From contig NC_042998.1 in NCBI RefSeq assembly GCF_006345805.1, forward strand, positions 75,330,001 through 75,394,000: a stretch of 64,000 nt of DNA. The letters are read 5' to 3'. This DNA is from Octopus sinensis. Lineage: Eukaryota. Positions 38,679-50,300 of the stretch are shown piece by piece (within the stretch, counting starts at the first letter, position 1; each line of letters begins with the position of its first letter). The translations under genes were made by a program, and so were the position numbers. The notes beneath the pieces were generated by a model, which saw only the letters and a list, made by a program, of their open reading frames with translations, ran no database searches and had not been told where the DNA came from.

Positions 38679-41600
38679 ATGGCAAAGCTGGGTTGTGTGA
38701 ATGTGCGTGGAATGGGGTCGAAATGGAAACAAATTTGTCTCCTGAACGACCTCACGACACACGGAGTGGACGTAGCTATTGTAACCGAGTCCAAGATGAA
38801 CGGGTCCCAAGCGTTCTCGCCTCTTCTAAATGGTTTCGAGAAATTTATTTCTCCTAGCCGAGGAGGAGGAAGGGGCGTGGCAGTCCTTATCAGGAAGAGC
38901 TTGGACTTGCAGGTAAGTACTGTCTTTCTGGACCCAGAAGGCAGGCTGGTCGTTCTGGATGTGACCCACGTAAGTAAACAGTCATTCAGGTTGGTAGCTG
39001 TCTACGCTCCGAATGAATGTAGGCAGTCGGGTTTTTTTCGGAATCTGGAGCACTTTTTAGTCACGTCGAAAACGGTAGTCTTAGTAGGGGACTTTAACAC
39101 TGTCCTCGAAGCGCGGGTCGGCAGTGTTGGCCCAACCAATAGGAAGGGGAACCCTAGCCTCAAGGGTCTACTATAGAGCTTTAATCTAGTAGACCGTTAT
39201 CGACTGGATGAGCCGAGCGTTCCACAGTGGACTTGGAGTAACAACGACGGCTCACGCAGATCGTATATGGATAGGATATTCGTTAGGAAAAGAGATAAGG
39301 ATACGTTTAGTTGTCCACAGTTTCACATTGTGCCTTACACGGATCACAAATTCGTGACTTGTAGGGTGCAATTAGATAAGTGCCATAGACAGGGACCCGG
39401 GTACTGGAAGCTGAACAAGTCTATTTTGAATTCTGAAGACTTCCGTACCCGGATTAAGGTGTTAGTACAGAGGGCATTATGTGGCACCATCATTAACAAT
39501 AGATGGTGGTACTCCATCAAAAGAGCCATTCGTTCAGAGTCCATTAGATTTAGCAATCAGCTAAGGTTAGATAGGTCTAGGATAGAGGACGATTTAGTTA
39601 AGAATCTAAACGAGGCAATGGAATCTGGCTCTGCATCCGGAGTGATGGCGGCAAGGACGGTATTGTACCGTCACCTTAACTCCAAACACGAAGGTTGCAG
39701 AGTTAAAGCTAAGCTACGCGCAGGGAAACGAGAAGGTATTAACGTTGCCGGATGGGCCCGTCGAGTGGAGAGTCAGAGAGGTAACAAAGCTTCAATCAAG
39801 TCTTTAACTGACGAACAGGGACACAAGATCTATGGACAGGAGGAGATGCAAAAGTTTCTTCACCATCATTTCGCCCGCGCGTTCGGGGGGGGGGGTCGCT
39901 GCAGCGGGGGAGGGCCTTAAAGGACTTCCTAGCCGGCGGACCGCGGCTCTCGGGGCGTGAGGTGGAGTGCTGTGAAGGAGCGATCACTCCCGCTGAGATA
40001 GAGGGGGTACTGACCGAATGCGCCGGGGAGAAGTCGCCGGGGTTGGATGGTCTGCCCTACGAATTTTATCAAAGTATGCCGGACTTGTTCGGGGGAATAC
40101 TGGCAGGCGTCTACGCGAACTGGCAGCAGAACGGGAGAATTCCCAGTTCTGTAAGCCGGGGAGTGGTGACGCTAATCCAGAAAGACCCGAGCAAGGGGGA
40201 TAACATTAGTAATTACAGGCCCATAACTCTACTTAATGTAGAGTTAAAGATTTTGGCCAAGGTGTTGGCAAAAAGGTTGACGACTGTCGTGGAGAAACTT
40301 GTAGGGAAAGCATACTTTTGAACGTGTTGGCTTTCGAGCCATTGCTGCGAAAGTTGGAGAGGCTGGGAAGTAACCCGGATGAGATCGGAGGCGGGAGGAC
40401 GGTTTCTGCTTATGCGGATGACGTCATCCTCATCGTGTCCAATGAGGCTCAGCTACCTTGTGTAGAAGATGCTATCAGAGGATACAAGGTGGTGGCAGTA
40501 GCAAAAGTTAACAAGGACAAGTCGATTGGCTTACGCCTCGGCTCCTGGAGGAGCAAGTTGATATCGTCCAGTGCCGTGGGACACTGGACAGATGGTCCTG
40601 TTAAGTTGCTAGGAGTTTGGTTTGGGCCAGACTCCCAAACAGAGAGGAATTGGAGTGAGGTGACGGACAAGATGGAGGCCATAGTACGGACCTGGTCCGG
40701 AAGGTTTCTGTCCTTGAAAGGAAGAGCAGAGGTGGTACAGATGTTCATTGCATCTGTAATCACTTACCGCCTGACCGTTGTCCCTTGCCCCAATTCATGG
40801 CTTAGCAAGTTGGAGCGAATCCTTTTCCGCTTTTTGTGGAAGGGAGGAAAGCCACTTGTGAGGCGCTCCGTTTGCTGCCAGGAACCGTTAAAGGGTGGGT
40901 TAGGAATGCCTTGGTTGATGATGCGCAGACATGCGTTGAGGCTGAAGCATCTCTGGCACCACCTGGAGGGTGATAAGGTGTGGAGTCCGCTGGCAGGGGA
41001 ATTTTTCCCGAGACCGGCTTCTTTAGTGAATTTTAAACCCGGTTGCATCAAAAGACGGAATCTGACTTTATGGCAAAATGAGTGCCGACAGGCACTCACG
41101 CTGATCCACAAGGCGGGCAAGGCCGGCTGCGGAAATACCACCTCGGTATTTTATAGCAGGCTGGTAGAGGCAAAGAACGACGACGTCCTAGGAGGGGCTC
41201 TGGGGTTCGATGAGGACCAGCTTACCAACCTGTTTAAAAAGACTTTCAGGACGGGGTATTTGGATAATTTCCAAAGATCCCTGGCCTGGCAGTGTTATAG
41301 GAATGCTTTACCTGTTCGCGAGAAGTTATCGCGGCACGGAATTTCAGTAACACCGACATGTCCAAGATGCGGGTTGGACGATGAAACCAGCATGCTTTTG
41401 TACACTGTCGACAGTTGTCAGACTTGATAAGTTACGCAGAACACGTGTTATCGCATCTGGGATGAGTACAGCTGTCGGCTGAGCCTATGATTAAGATGAT
41501 ACCGCCAACTGGACTCTCGAAGGAAGGTGAGGCATGCTTTCACTGCACGGTTTCAGTAGTAAAAGAATGCATGTGGCGTACAAGAATGGAAGGAGTCGCA

Positions 41601-41798
41601 ATAGGATCCTTTGTCTCAGGCCCCGGCTTGCTCACTTACTTCAGATATCATCTGAAGAGCAAAATGGGGCTGGAAAAGAAGACCTTACCACGAGATGTGT
41701 ATGAAAAAGATGGAAGGAAGTGGCGAAAAAGGTGGGTGTCAGAAACCCAGTTTAACTATGCATGGAGAAGAGGAAAGGAAAGCTGTGGGGCCTTATAG
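38679..41798 (+). pseudogene. Tx1-like ORF2 (APE endonuclease, RT, C-terminal Zn motif), interrupted
   Basis: GCVNVRG, AIVTESK, VAVYAP, VGDFN, WTW, YMDRIF, YTDHKF, GYWKLN, KSPGLDGLPYEFY, NYRPITLLNVELKILAK, SAYADDV, CPRCG; TAG at 39174-39176, a frameshift near 39900 and an internal RT deletion near 40312. Confidence 0.92.
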
Positions 41799-41964
41799 GT
41801 TGCCGGGGTTTAAAATATATCGGTAAGATTTCAATCTAATGTAATGTTATATTAGTCAATGCAAAGGACAATTTAAATTTTTAAACGAACCACTTAACTA
41901 TTTTTGTATGTATGTCCTGTATTGTTCTTCTATGTACTGATTTTATAATCGTAATAAAGAATTA

Positions 41965-41980
41965 ATCGAAAACCGGTGTT
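41965..41980 (+). repeat. Target-site duplication, right copy
   Basis: ATCGAAAACCGGTGTT, identical to 36985-37000. Confidence 0.92.
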
Positions 41981-41983
41981 AGT

Positions 41984-42028
41984 CGTACGCTGAGGACAGG
42001 TTAATACCTAGAAACTGCAGTCCGTGCG
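41984..42028 (+). ncRNA. Minimal type I hammerhead ribozyme
   Basis: CGTACG | CTGAGGA | CAGGT TAAT ACCTA | GAAA | CTGCAG | TC | CGTGCG: 6-bp stem I, intact core, 4-bp stem II (closing pair C/A mismatched), palindromic stem III, GUC site. Confidence 0.8.
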
Positions 42029-42088
42029 TATCACTTAGGTTGACGAGGGAAGGATGACTTCCCTTTGCAAATACCATAAGGGCACAGA

Positions 42089-42194
42089 AAGTGTGCCTAA
42101 AGCCAGCTGGAGACGATGTTCTCCTGGGTCTACAAGCTACAGTAACACCCACCCTTAGTGGTTAGCCATATTGAGATGGCAAGTATACCTCACA
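42089..42194 (+). repeat. 106-bp direct repeat, copy 2
   Basis: See 36755-36860. Confidence 0.95.
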
Positions 42195-42289
42195 ACTTAA
42201 GGATTGATATTGGGAAAATGAAGTTATCTATACATTAATACAAATCCATTCTTGGGAAATGAGTTCTTACCTTGTACATTAGGCAGATC

Positions 42290-43515
42290 TCATAACAAAC
42301 ACTAGAAATATTTTCCTCTTGTAATAGTGACATAGGCTACAGTATCGTATATCCGTAATTTTGATATATTGTGGAAGAAATTTTCTCCTTTTATTTTTAC
42401 AATAAATTGTCGAAGGATTGGTGTGTATGTGAAAATAAGGAGTCAACATACCCTTTCGTAATATATCGCAAGACACTGAAAAATTTCTCACAAGAATTTC
42501 ATACTATCCCCAAAATGAAACCCTACACTTTGTTTCTATTAAACATTTTTTTTTTTACTTTTGAAATTTGTGAGATATTCATCTAACCGTAATCTTCTTA
42601 TCACAGCCCTATAAAGAAACACTCCCCTTTATTTCCTAGTGGATACCTGTTATGTAAATAAATGAAACCCATATCATCAATGTTCGCTGCTTTTACATAT
42701 CACTTTAGCAAATCAATATGATATGCAATGATAGTATAAACATTTTGATTCTACTTAGTTGGTCATATAAAATGTCCTTCGAATCAGGATTCTTTCTGAG
42801 ACCCAATTGTATTCTCATAACATATAAAGCTGCTCTGATTGCTAGGCAAGTGACAATCAAATCTCTATATTTATTTTTAGCAGATTTTTTTTAAAATTAT
42901 AAGTTTCTTTTCAACAAGTAACACTCCTTCACGACATAGAAAAATCAATAAGCGACCTTCAGTTATCTGTTCGGTTTTCGATGCCTGGCTTGCACACACC
43001 AATCCTGAAATGTCTTTTCAAAATATTCAGACATACTCTTTTGCAAAGTATGATTCAATAACTTTCTTGCACTTTCTTTACCAAACCAAGGTTATACCGA
43101 ATACCAATTATTTGTTCTCTTATAGAGAAGATCACTTAGAAGCTCTATGGAATTCTCGGATAGACTTACATCCATAGCTGAAGTGTTCAGTTCAGCTTGG
43201 GTTAGTTTCTGTTCGCTCGCTTCGTAAACAACGCCGTTGCCTGATATTGGATCTGAATTAGAATAGTCAAGTTGACAAGAAAGGCAGAATCATATTTCTG
43301 TTCTGAATACTTTCCTCATTGAACATTTGAGAAGATATAATGTTAAATCTCAAAAGCTAAACTCGCTTTTTACTATGATCCCCATTTCAGATTTATTCTG
43401 ATATAATCACGATAAACTCTAACAACAAAGTGTATTGTATCTTTGCTTTGATTTTTACCAACAAAAACAGCACATGTGTAACAAAATATGTCTGGACTAT
43501 AGTTGTAACATCGAG
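42290..43515 (-). mobile_element. Decayed DNA-transposon transposase, probably Chapaev-type (CMC superfamily)
   Basis: Minus-strand pieces in the expected order: RCYNYSPDIFCYTCAVF..K.Q, KLTQAELN..DVSLS..SIELL, EGRLLI..GVLL, MRIQLGLRKNP, YFHIHTN..KFLPQYIK. Superfamily name is from memory. Confidence 0.6.
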
Positions 43516-44640
43516 AATCCGGTGACTGTATGATAATACCTGAACTCTACAAAAATAAATTGTATGATTCGAAGCCGTTAATGTATATGGTATTTAAGTT
43601 CATACACTATACATTGAAACTGGTCTTTTTTTTCTCGTGTTATAAATTAATGGGACAACTGTTCGAATAAAATAAGGAAATGCCAAAATGTGAAAACAAT
43701 GGCTTATTCATAGTTTCAATTGCGTGTGTGATCAAGATAAAGCAATATTATTTTTTTTTAATTCGGTACGCCAGATAGGTTTAGAACCACATCGATCCAT
43801 AATAATTCTACGTATCTCTTAACACAATCAGAAACCATTAAAACACAAACTATATTGATTTGAAGGCATTCTATTATATATATTAGGATCCTGTATTATT
43901 CAGCCATTACTTTTATTTTATTTTAACACTTTTTGTCAAAACTTTTACTCTACAACAGCATGTTTTCTTGTTATTATTGATTCAAATTCAATTGATAGAA
44001 ACTAGATATGATTGGCAGATTTATAGAAGTTAAGTTTATATCTGCAGTTACAGAAACTGGGGAGCTTCAAAATTTTGTTGGTTACATTAATAATAAATAT
44101 ACTTCTATATTATCAGATTCCAATCTACTTTGCTCTAAATTTGTACCTCTAACGCAAGTGCTTGAGTATTTCTAGTATTTTACATAAATCTTACTCACAT
44201 GCACTCGTAGATAATAGAATTCATATTGTATTAATGAGAATGGAATATTTCCATGATGAGTTTTTATTGAATATCTTAGACGAAGGAGATTATATTTGGT
44301 CCCAAACTTAGATTTCATATTATTTCGTGCATTTCTCTACTCAGTCAAGCGAAGCATTCTATAACATGTATTATCAACGGGAGTGCCCAGCAGCATGTTT
44401 CTAGTGTATAGAAAGAATATTAAACTTAATATGACATCAAAAACAGAATATATTGATGTATACAGAAAGAGGAGGAGGAAATCCTAAAGATATGCACTAA
44501 TACAGGGGCCTCTAAAAAGCTATCTCCAAATATACATACCAATTCACACCATTAAAATAATTTTTCAATTAAAGGCACAAAGCTTAAAATTCTGAGGGAT
44601 GGGACTAGTCGATTACATTGACGTCACTAGTATTTAATTT

Positions 44641-44766
44641 ATAGACCCCGAAAAGATAGACGGTAAAATTCACCTCGGCGAAATTTGAACTCAGAACGTA
44701 GCGACGAGCAAAACACCGCTAAGCATTTCGTCCATCGTACTAACGATTCTGCCAGCTCGCCGTCTT
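44641..44766 (-). mobile_element. SINE family A 5' half
   Basis: Reverse complement gives GACGGCGAGCTGGCAGAATCGTTAGTACGATGGACGAAATGCTTAGCGG ... GTTCTGAGTTCAAATTTCGCCGAGG. Confidence 0.85.
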
Positions 44767-45880
44767 TTACATTATTGAAACAACAAGATCCTGAGAATAA
44801 TTGCCAAATATGTAGAATATTTGTGGTTTTCAGATAAAAGCACATTTGTGTGGTGTAAACGCACTGCAATATGTAATGTTTGTAGACAAATATTTACTCT
44901 GGTTTGGAATTCCATAATGCACTAGTTAGTGCGCTAATAATACGATAATAATAGAAGGTACCTTCACGTTGGGACAAGAACTCTGTCTTCTGCGGTGGGA
45001 ACAATATCGAGACGCAGCGTGTGACTTGAACTGTATTTCATTTTGCTCTAAAGGTGGAAAGAATATTACACCCCGGCGAGACTTGAACACGTAACGTAAA
45101 CTTCTAAGAGGTATTTTTCTTTGTCACATTCCCAATTTAACAGCCACTGCCATAACCCATAATAAGAGTCGTCAATAAAAATGCACATGAAAAGATGTTA
45201 GAATTCATTGTAGTTTTGATTTTGCCAGTGTGGTGCTTAGGGATTTCTTAGATGTTTGTAACTAAAAGGGATGAAAGCAGATGAATCTCCATGGAATATA
45301 AACTTCAGTGGATGATTTGACATGAAATATGAGCTATATCTATTTTCAAAACCATGTCAGGATTTGGAAATCTCAGAGAATACGTATCGTGTCAGAATAC
45401 AATGAATCATGCTTTTTAAAGGTGACAAGATGTCACACTGAACAATTCTATTTAATGTTGATATTGAATAACAAGTTCTTGACATATTTCTTCTTTCTTC
45501 TCTTCATATATTTGCACAATTCAACTATTGTGACTCTTGAACTTTATTGGTGATGCAACTCTAGAATAGGGATTTTAATGATCGATATCTATCTGGGTAT
45601 ATCTACAACAACGAAATTTCATATTCTCTATGAAAAACGGTGTTTTATGTGACACAATGGGACACTGATAATGACGAAATATTCTATAGATATTAAATAT
45701 TGATTTTCTTCCCCATTGATAGCAGACCACATATTTATACAAATAGGTTATTAACAATTGAATCAACTCGAGTATATTGTGAGTCTTAATTTCGCAACCC
45801 TAGATAGGTAAAAGATATATCAACCGTTTTACGCAATAAAACGGTCGATTAATATGTACTGTCAATATTAATTCGAGTTT

Positions 45881-46093
45881 AAGGCGGCGAGCTGACAGAA
45901 TCGTGAGCACGCTGAGCAAAATGCTTAGCAGTTTTTCGTCAGTCTTTAAGTTCTGAGTTCAAATATCGACAAGTTCGACTTTTTGACTTTCATCCTTTCC
46001 AGGTCGATAAAGTAAGTGCCATTTGAGCACTGGCCGATGTAATCGACTTACCCACTCCCCCGTACTTGATGGCCATGCGACAAAATTTGAAAT
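45881..46093 (+). mobile_element. SINE family A
   Basis: AAGGCGGCGAGCTGACAGAATCGTGAGCAC ... GTTCTGAGTTCAAAT ... CGATGTAATCGACTTACC ... CAAAATTTGAAA. Confidence 0.85.
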
Positions 46094-46112
46094 CAGTATT
46101 AGTTCCTAGGTT

Positions 46113-46323
46113 AAGGCGGCGAGCGGGCAGAATCGTTAGCATGCCGGACAAAATGCTTAGTGACATTTTGTCCTCTTTATGATCTAAGTTCAAATTCTGC
46201 TGAGGTCGATTTTTGCTTTTGCCCTGTCGAGGTCGATAAAATAAATAGCAGTCAAGCAATTGGGTCGATGTAATCACGTTACCCCTCCCACGAAATTGTT
46301 AGCCTTGTGCCAGAATTTGAGAC
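46113..46323 (+). mobile_element. SINE family A (second copy, head-to-tail with the previous one)
   Basis: Same diagnostic blocks, starting ~20 bp after the previous copy. Confidence 0.85.
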
Positions 46324-47444
46324 GAATATTAAGTCAATGTTTTCTTAAATTCTCTTCTGTATACTGGTGATGTAGTAGAAATATAAATACTTTAATTTCT
46401 ATGGCATTAAAGTAAACTTTCTCGAATAATGAATTTTAAAAATTTTGTTTGAATATCGTTAACGCAAGCTTTTTATTCAGGGATTTTTGAAAATGTATAA
46501 TTTAAAAAAAACAGTGCAAACATTGCAAGGAAATATATTACAACAGGTTTACTTTTATATTTCTACAGCTGGAGACATACTATTATTTATGACTTTCGTT
46601 CAGTAACATCCGGCTACTCTCCACCTAAAAATTTGTTAAATAGAAAAATGTGGTGTTTTTTCTCGATTCTTTGTTATTATCAATAACTCATGCATCTCTT
46701 ACCAATAAACATTTTAGATATTTTGTTAGTCTTTATTGTAGAAAAGTATTTCTATTAAAAATTTCTATTTTGAAAACAATGACAATTCTCTAGTGCACAG
46801 AAAATTTGTTTAGGATATTTGTTCTACCTCATTCAATATTCAGTTACATATGTACGGCTGCAGATCGGCTGGACTGATTAGATCATTAGTATGCTTCAAA
46901 TGTATTAGTAGTAGACGATATTTCAAAGAAACAAACCGAGAGTATAATTGTTCTTTAAATTGAAGCCAAATCTTAATGTGATTTCTGAAAATACAATAGA
47001 GAAATAACATAAAAGGGAAGAAAAGAGGCGGCAAGGTAACCTAAAATAATGCACATATTTTGGAAGAAATTCAAACATAAAGAAACTAACGCTGTCTGTA
47101 ACAAGAAATAGAAAGCAGAGACAAATAAATCATAATGTATAGTATCAAATTAATTCATTTTTACAAATAATTAGAGAAACAATGATAACATATTTCGTGT
47201 ACAAAATTAATCAGCATGCCAATTTCTTTGAATTATATACTAGAGAGTGAGAAAACAACTTGCTTATATATATATATGTTCGGGTGACTTTGTGTATGTG
47301 TATGTGTGTGTAATGTCTATGTATGTATGTCTGTAGGTCATTATTCAGTTTTATTTCAAGATTTCTTGCCAATAGCGAAAGGGCCAGTTTCTAACCTAGA
47401 TCCAAGGCTTCTTCGTTGGAATTACAACATCAACAAAGTATATT

Positions 47445-47552
47445 TGTATGTATGTATGTATGTATGTATGTATGTATGTATGTATGTGTGTATGTGTGTA
47501 TGTATGTATGTATGTATGTATGTATGTATGTATGTATGTATGTATGTATGAA
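47445..47552. repeat. (TATG)n microsatellite
   Basis: Direct reading. Confidence 0.95.
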
Positions 47553-47829
47553 TGTATGTGTGTTGGCAAATCAACAATATAGACACAAACAGGAAAACAA
47601 ACAAAGCTCAAATGACATACACAGTGAATGTATGCGATTGATGGTCAGAAAAAATTTGAAGAGCAAAGGTCCTTGTCAGAATGAGGAAGAGGGAAAAGGG
47701 CAAGTCTGAAAAGGAGGTAAAGAATAACCCAAGAAAAGCACATGTGTCATTACATAGATGAAAAATAAATTTATGTGCGTGGTGTGTGGGGGGTGTATGT
47801 GTGTGTGAGTGTGTGCGCACGTGTATCAT

Positions 47830-48910
47830 TATCCGGGAGTTCTTTGCTGTATCTAGGTTTGCGGCCAACAGAGGCTTTCCAATCAACTCCGTGTTGTGTT
47901 GCATGTATGCAAACAGCCAATATCTTGTTTCCAGTCCATTCTTTGATGCCTTCAATCCAGAAACTTCTTCGTCAGTCCCGACACATGGAATATATAGGTT
48001 CAATATATGGTAGCTTTGGTGACTTGTCTCTCGACAATAGCTATCTGTGACCTATCAGCTTTACTCGTACTGCATCATTTGTTACCTTGTCTTTCCAACT
48101 TTTCGTGACCCATTTATGAACGATCTGCATCTCAAATGTTTCTGTCCCTTACTCCATACGTGTGATCAATTTCACAGATTCTGCACCATACAAGACAATT
48201 AGCATATTGTTAAGTTTACTAACCACAGTTTTGGATGCAGCATTATGTCAATTCAGGCGAGTTCTTTTTAACTTCTTTAAATGTGAATTTAGCTTTATTT
48301 ATTCTTTGAATAACTTCTACATAGCGACTTTACTGGTTTATTATTTGTCCAAGATTTTTTCATTTCTTAAAGCTGCCTCTGTCTACCTCTATATTTGTTT
48401 CCTTTCGTTCTTCCTTACTACTAACTAGTGCCTTTGTCTTTTTTATATCCATATGTGGTCCTTATTACTTTTTTACATTCATATTAGGCCTTTCTGGTCT
48501 TTTACAATATAAGCATTTTCATCTAATTTCTCATTGTTGTCTAACAATAACGGTGTTCATAAGAATATATTGTTTATGTTCGTACCATTAAGTGGTTCCG
48601 ACAATTCCTGATCTATTTTGATGGCTGAATTTTGTCTCTAGTATAACCAATAACTATAATACTCTTTATTTCTAAGGCATCTTTTTCTAAAGAGGTGTTG
48701 ATCCCTCTGTAATGTTCGTGGTCAAACGCCTTATCTTAAACTATGAAGCTAGCAACTTGACCGTTTTATACTTCCCTTTGCAGTTGTGCTAGAATGTTGG
48801 AGCAGTGTATGTCATCTCTTGTACTTCTGTTAGCCCTATATATGAATTGCTCCTCACCAACGCCTACTGTTATTTTACTTTCATTCTTTCTCCTATTCTG
48901 AGACTGTAAA
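47830..48910 (-). mobile_element. Decayed RTE-clade LINE RT/C-terminal fragment
   Basis: Minus strand: GEEQFIYRANRSTRDDIHCSNIL..REV..ASFIV*DKAFDH, SAIKIDQELSEPL, VLYGAESVKL, SWKDKVTNDAV, FWIEGIKEWTG. Confidence 0.75.
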
Positions 48911-49211
48911 AGATCTTGCATGTATGTATGGGTGTGTGTATGTGGATAATTTTATTATATATATATATATATATATAATATATATATATATATATAATAT
49001 AATGTGAAATAGAAAGATGAATAATCTTGTAGTAGATTAATCAAAAGTTTAACCGATACCTTAGTAGCAAAAATCACAGCAGTAAACACAGCACGGTTGG
49101 AGTACAACCATCTGGCGTTGCAACCGTGCGTTGGTGCGGATAATTGAAATAAAACATTATTGGTGAATTGAAGAAATGGAGCTGAACGCAGATTGAACAG
49201 AAATCGTTTTA

Positions 49212-49301
49212 TTTCATTCTACACGTGTTTCGAAAGGCACAAATTACCAAAATCCGATTGAATAATGGGACCATATTGTGTCTTTCTCTTCAGGAAGAAA
49301 A
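49212..49301 (-). ncRNA. Type I hammerhead ribozyme with long stem II (inverted copy)
   Basis: Reverse complement of 52510-52599. Confidence 0.75.
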
Positions 49302-49906
49302 AAGGAAATCCGTTGGAAAAACAAAAAACAGAACAGAGGCGGAGCAAAAAACAAATCGAACTGTGCTCCTAAGAGCCCATGGCGAAACTGTTTATCAGTG
49401 TATGTTGAGAACCGGTGGCTGAAGAATTCAACGGGTCAGGCATCGGTCAATCATGTGGGTGAGGGTGTATAGATGTTCTTTGTGGACGAGAATAAAGTTC
49501 TGACTATTTAAAGAATATTGGATGTTTTATAAGGGGCGAGAAAAAATCTACTTAGAGACGTGTGTGTGTGTATACTGTTCTATATATGTGTGTGTTGGCG
49601 TAGGGGTAGAAAACATTTTTTGTGTACGTGTGTGCGTTTGATCGTTCGGCTGTCAGTGGCTACTGCCGTGATAACCGTTGGGTGGCAGAAAGAAAAAATA
49701 AAAAAATTATATATATATTATGTTTTATGTGTGTGTGTGTTCATCTAAGCCTGCCTTGTCAAGGAAACCCCCCGCTGTGAAAAAACCAAGCCCCGTTTGT
49801 CTTACAGGAGTAATACATTCCCCTTGCAGTGGTTAATCGTAGATATCTTAAAGGCTATTTCAGAATTTGTTACCAAGGGCTATGGGTGCCGGTATTATTA
49901 TAAACG

Positions 49907-50300
49907 CTATTTAAAGGCCAGATAAGTGTAACGCCGCCAATGGGGGCATCGAAAAGCCGACTGTAAGAGCCCGTTTACCATCCGGCCTCTGGCAAACAAA
50001 ATATGGAAGAGTTCGGAGACACAAAGGTTGCACTGTCTTCTGCCCCTATCAAATGGGAGGGCCACCGACAAAATTGACCATTCCAGCCTATAGCTTAAGT
50101 TCGCATCCTTCAGTCGCCATATTAGCTTACTGAGTCCCGTGGTCTGGCGCTTGTTCACGTCCCGAAAAGTTGCGTAATGGTTGGAGACACGCAAAGACAA
50201 TCTTGAGGATGATGCCCCTACATAAGTGAAGGCATCTGAGTCCGTGTAAACCTTGCATTGGTAGACGGCGTTTTTGATCTTGGAGTTCGCCGACGTGAAT
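49907..50300 (-). pseudogene. PLE GIY-YIG endonuclease domain
   Basis: KNAVYQCKVYTDSDAFTYVGASSSRLSLRVSNHYATFRD...CNLCVSELFHIL...CPHWRR; the mirror copy at ~51540-51910 is frameshifted. Confidence 0.75.

Larger units (their letters stand above)
37001..41964 (+). mobile_element. Full-length Tx1/L1-clade LINE (5'UTR-ORF1-ORF2-3'UTR), defective
   Basis: 16-bp TSD; ORF1 with zinc knuckle; ORF2 with APE, RT and C-terminal CxxC; AATAAA at 41953-41958; no poly(A) tail. Confidence 0.95.

Noticed and set aside
38295-41141. Antisense ORFs within the Tx1 element (38295-38810, 40449-40763, 40764-41141)
   Set aside because: Expected shadow ORFs opposite GC-balanced coding sequence; no motifs.
42038-42075. 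TTGACGA + GGGAAG/CTTCCC stem just after the real hammerhead
   Set aside because: No GAAA after the stem and no NUH/stem I arrangement; a hairpin but not a second HHR.
46846-46964. Plus-strand segment GLIRSLVCFKC resembling a Ly6/three-finger exon
   Set aside because: Frame terminates in a stop before any donor; too little Cys pattern.
47920-47985. Minus-strand CTGACGA ... GAAAC resembling a hammerhead
   Set aside because: Stems I and III do not pair, and the segment translates as RTE ORF2 C-terminus (FWIEGIKEWTG).
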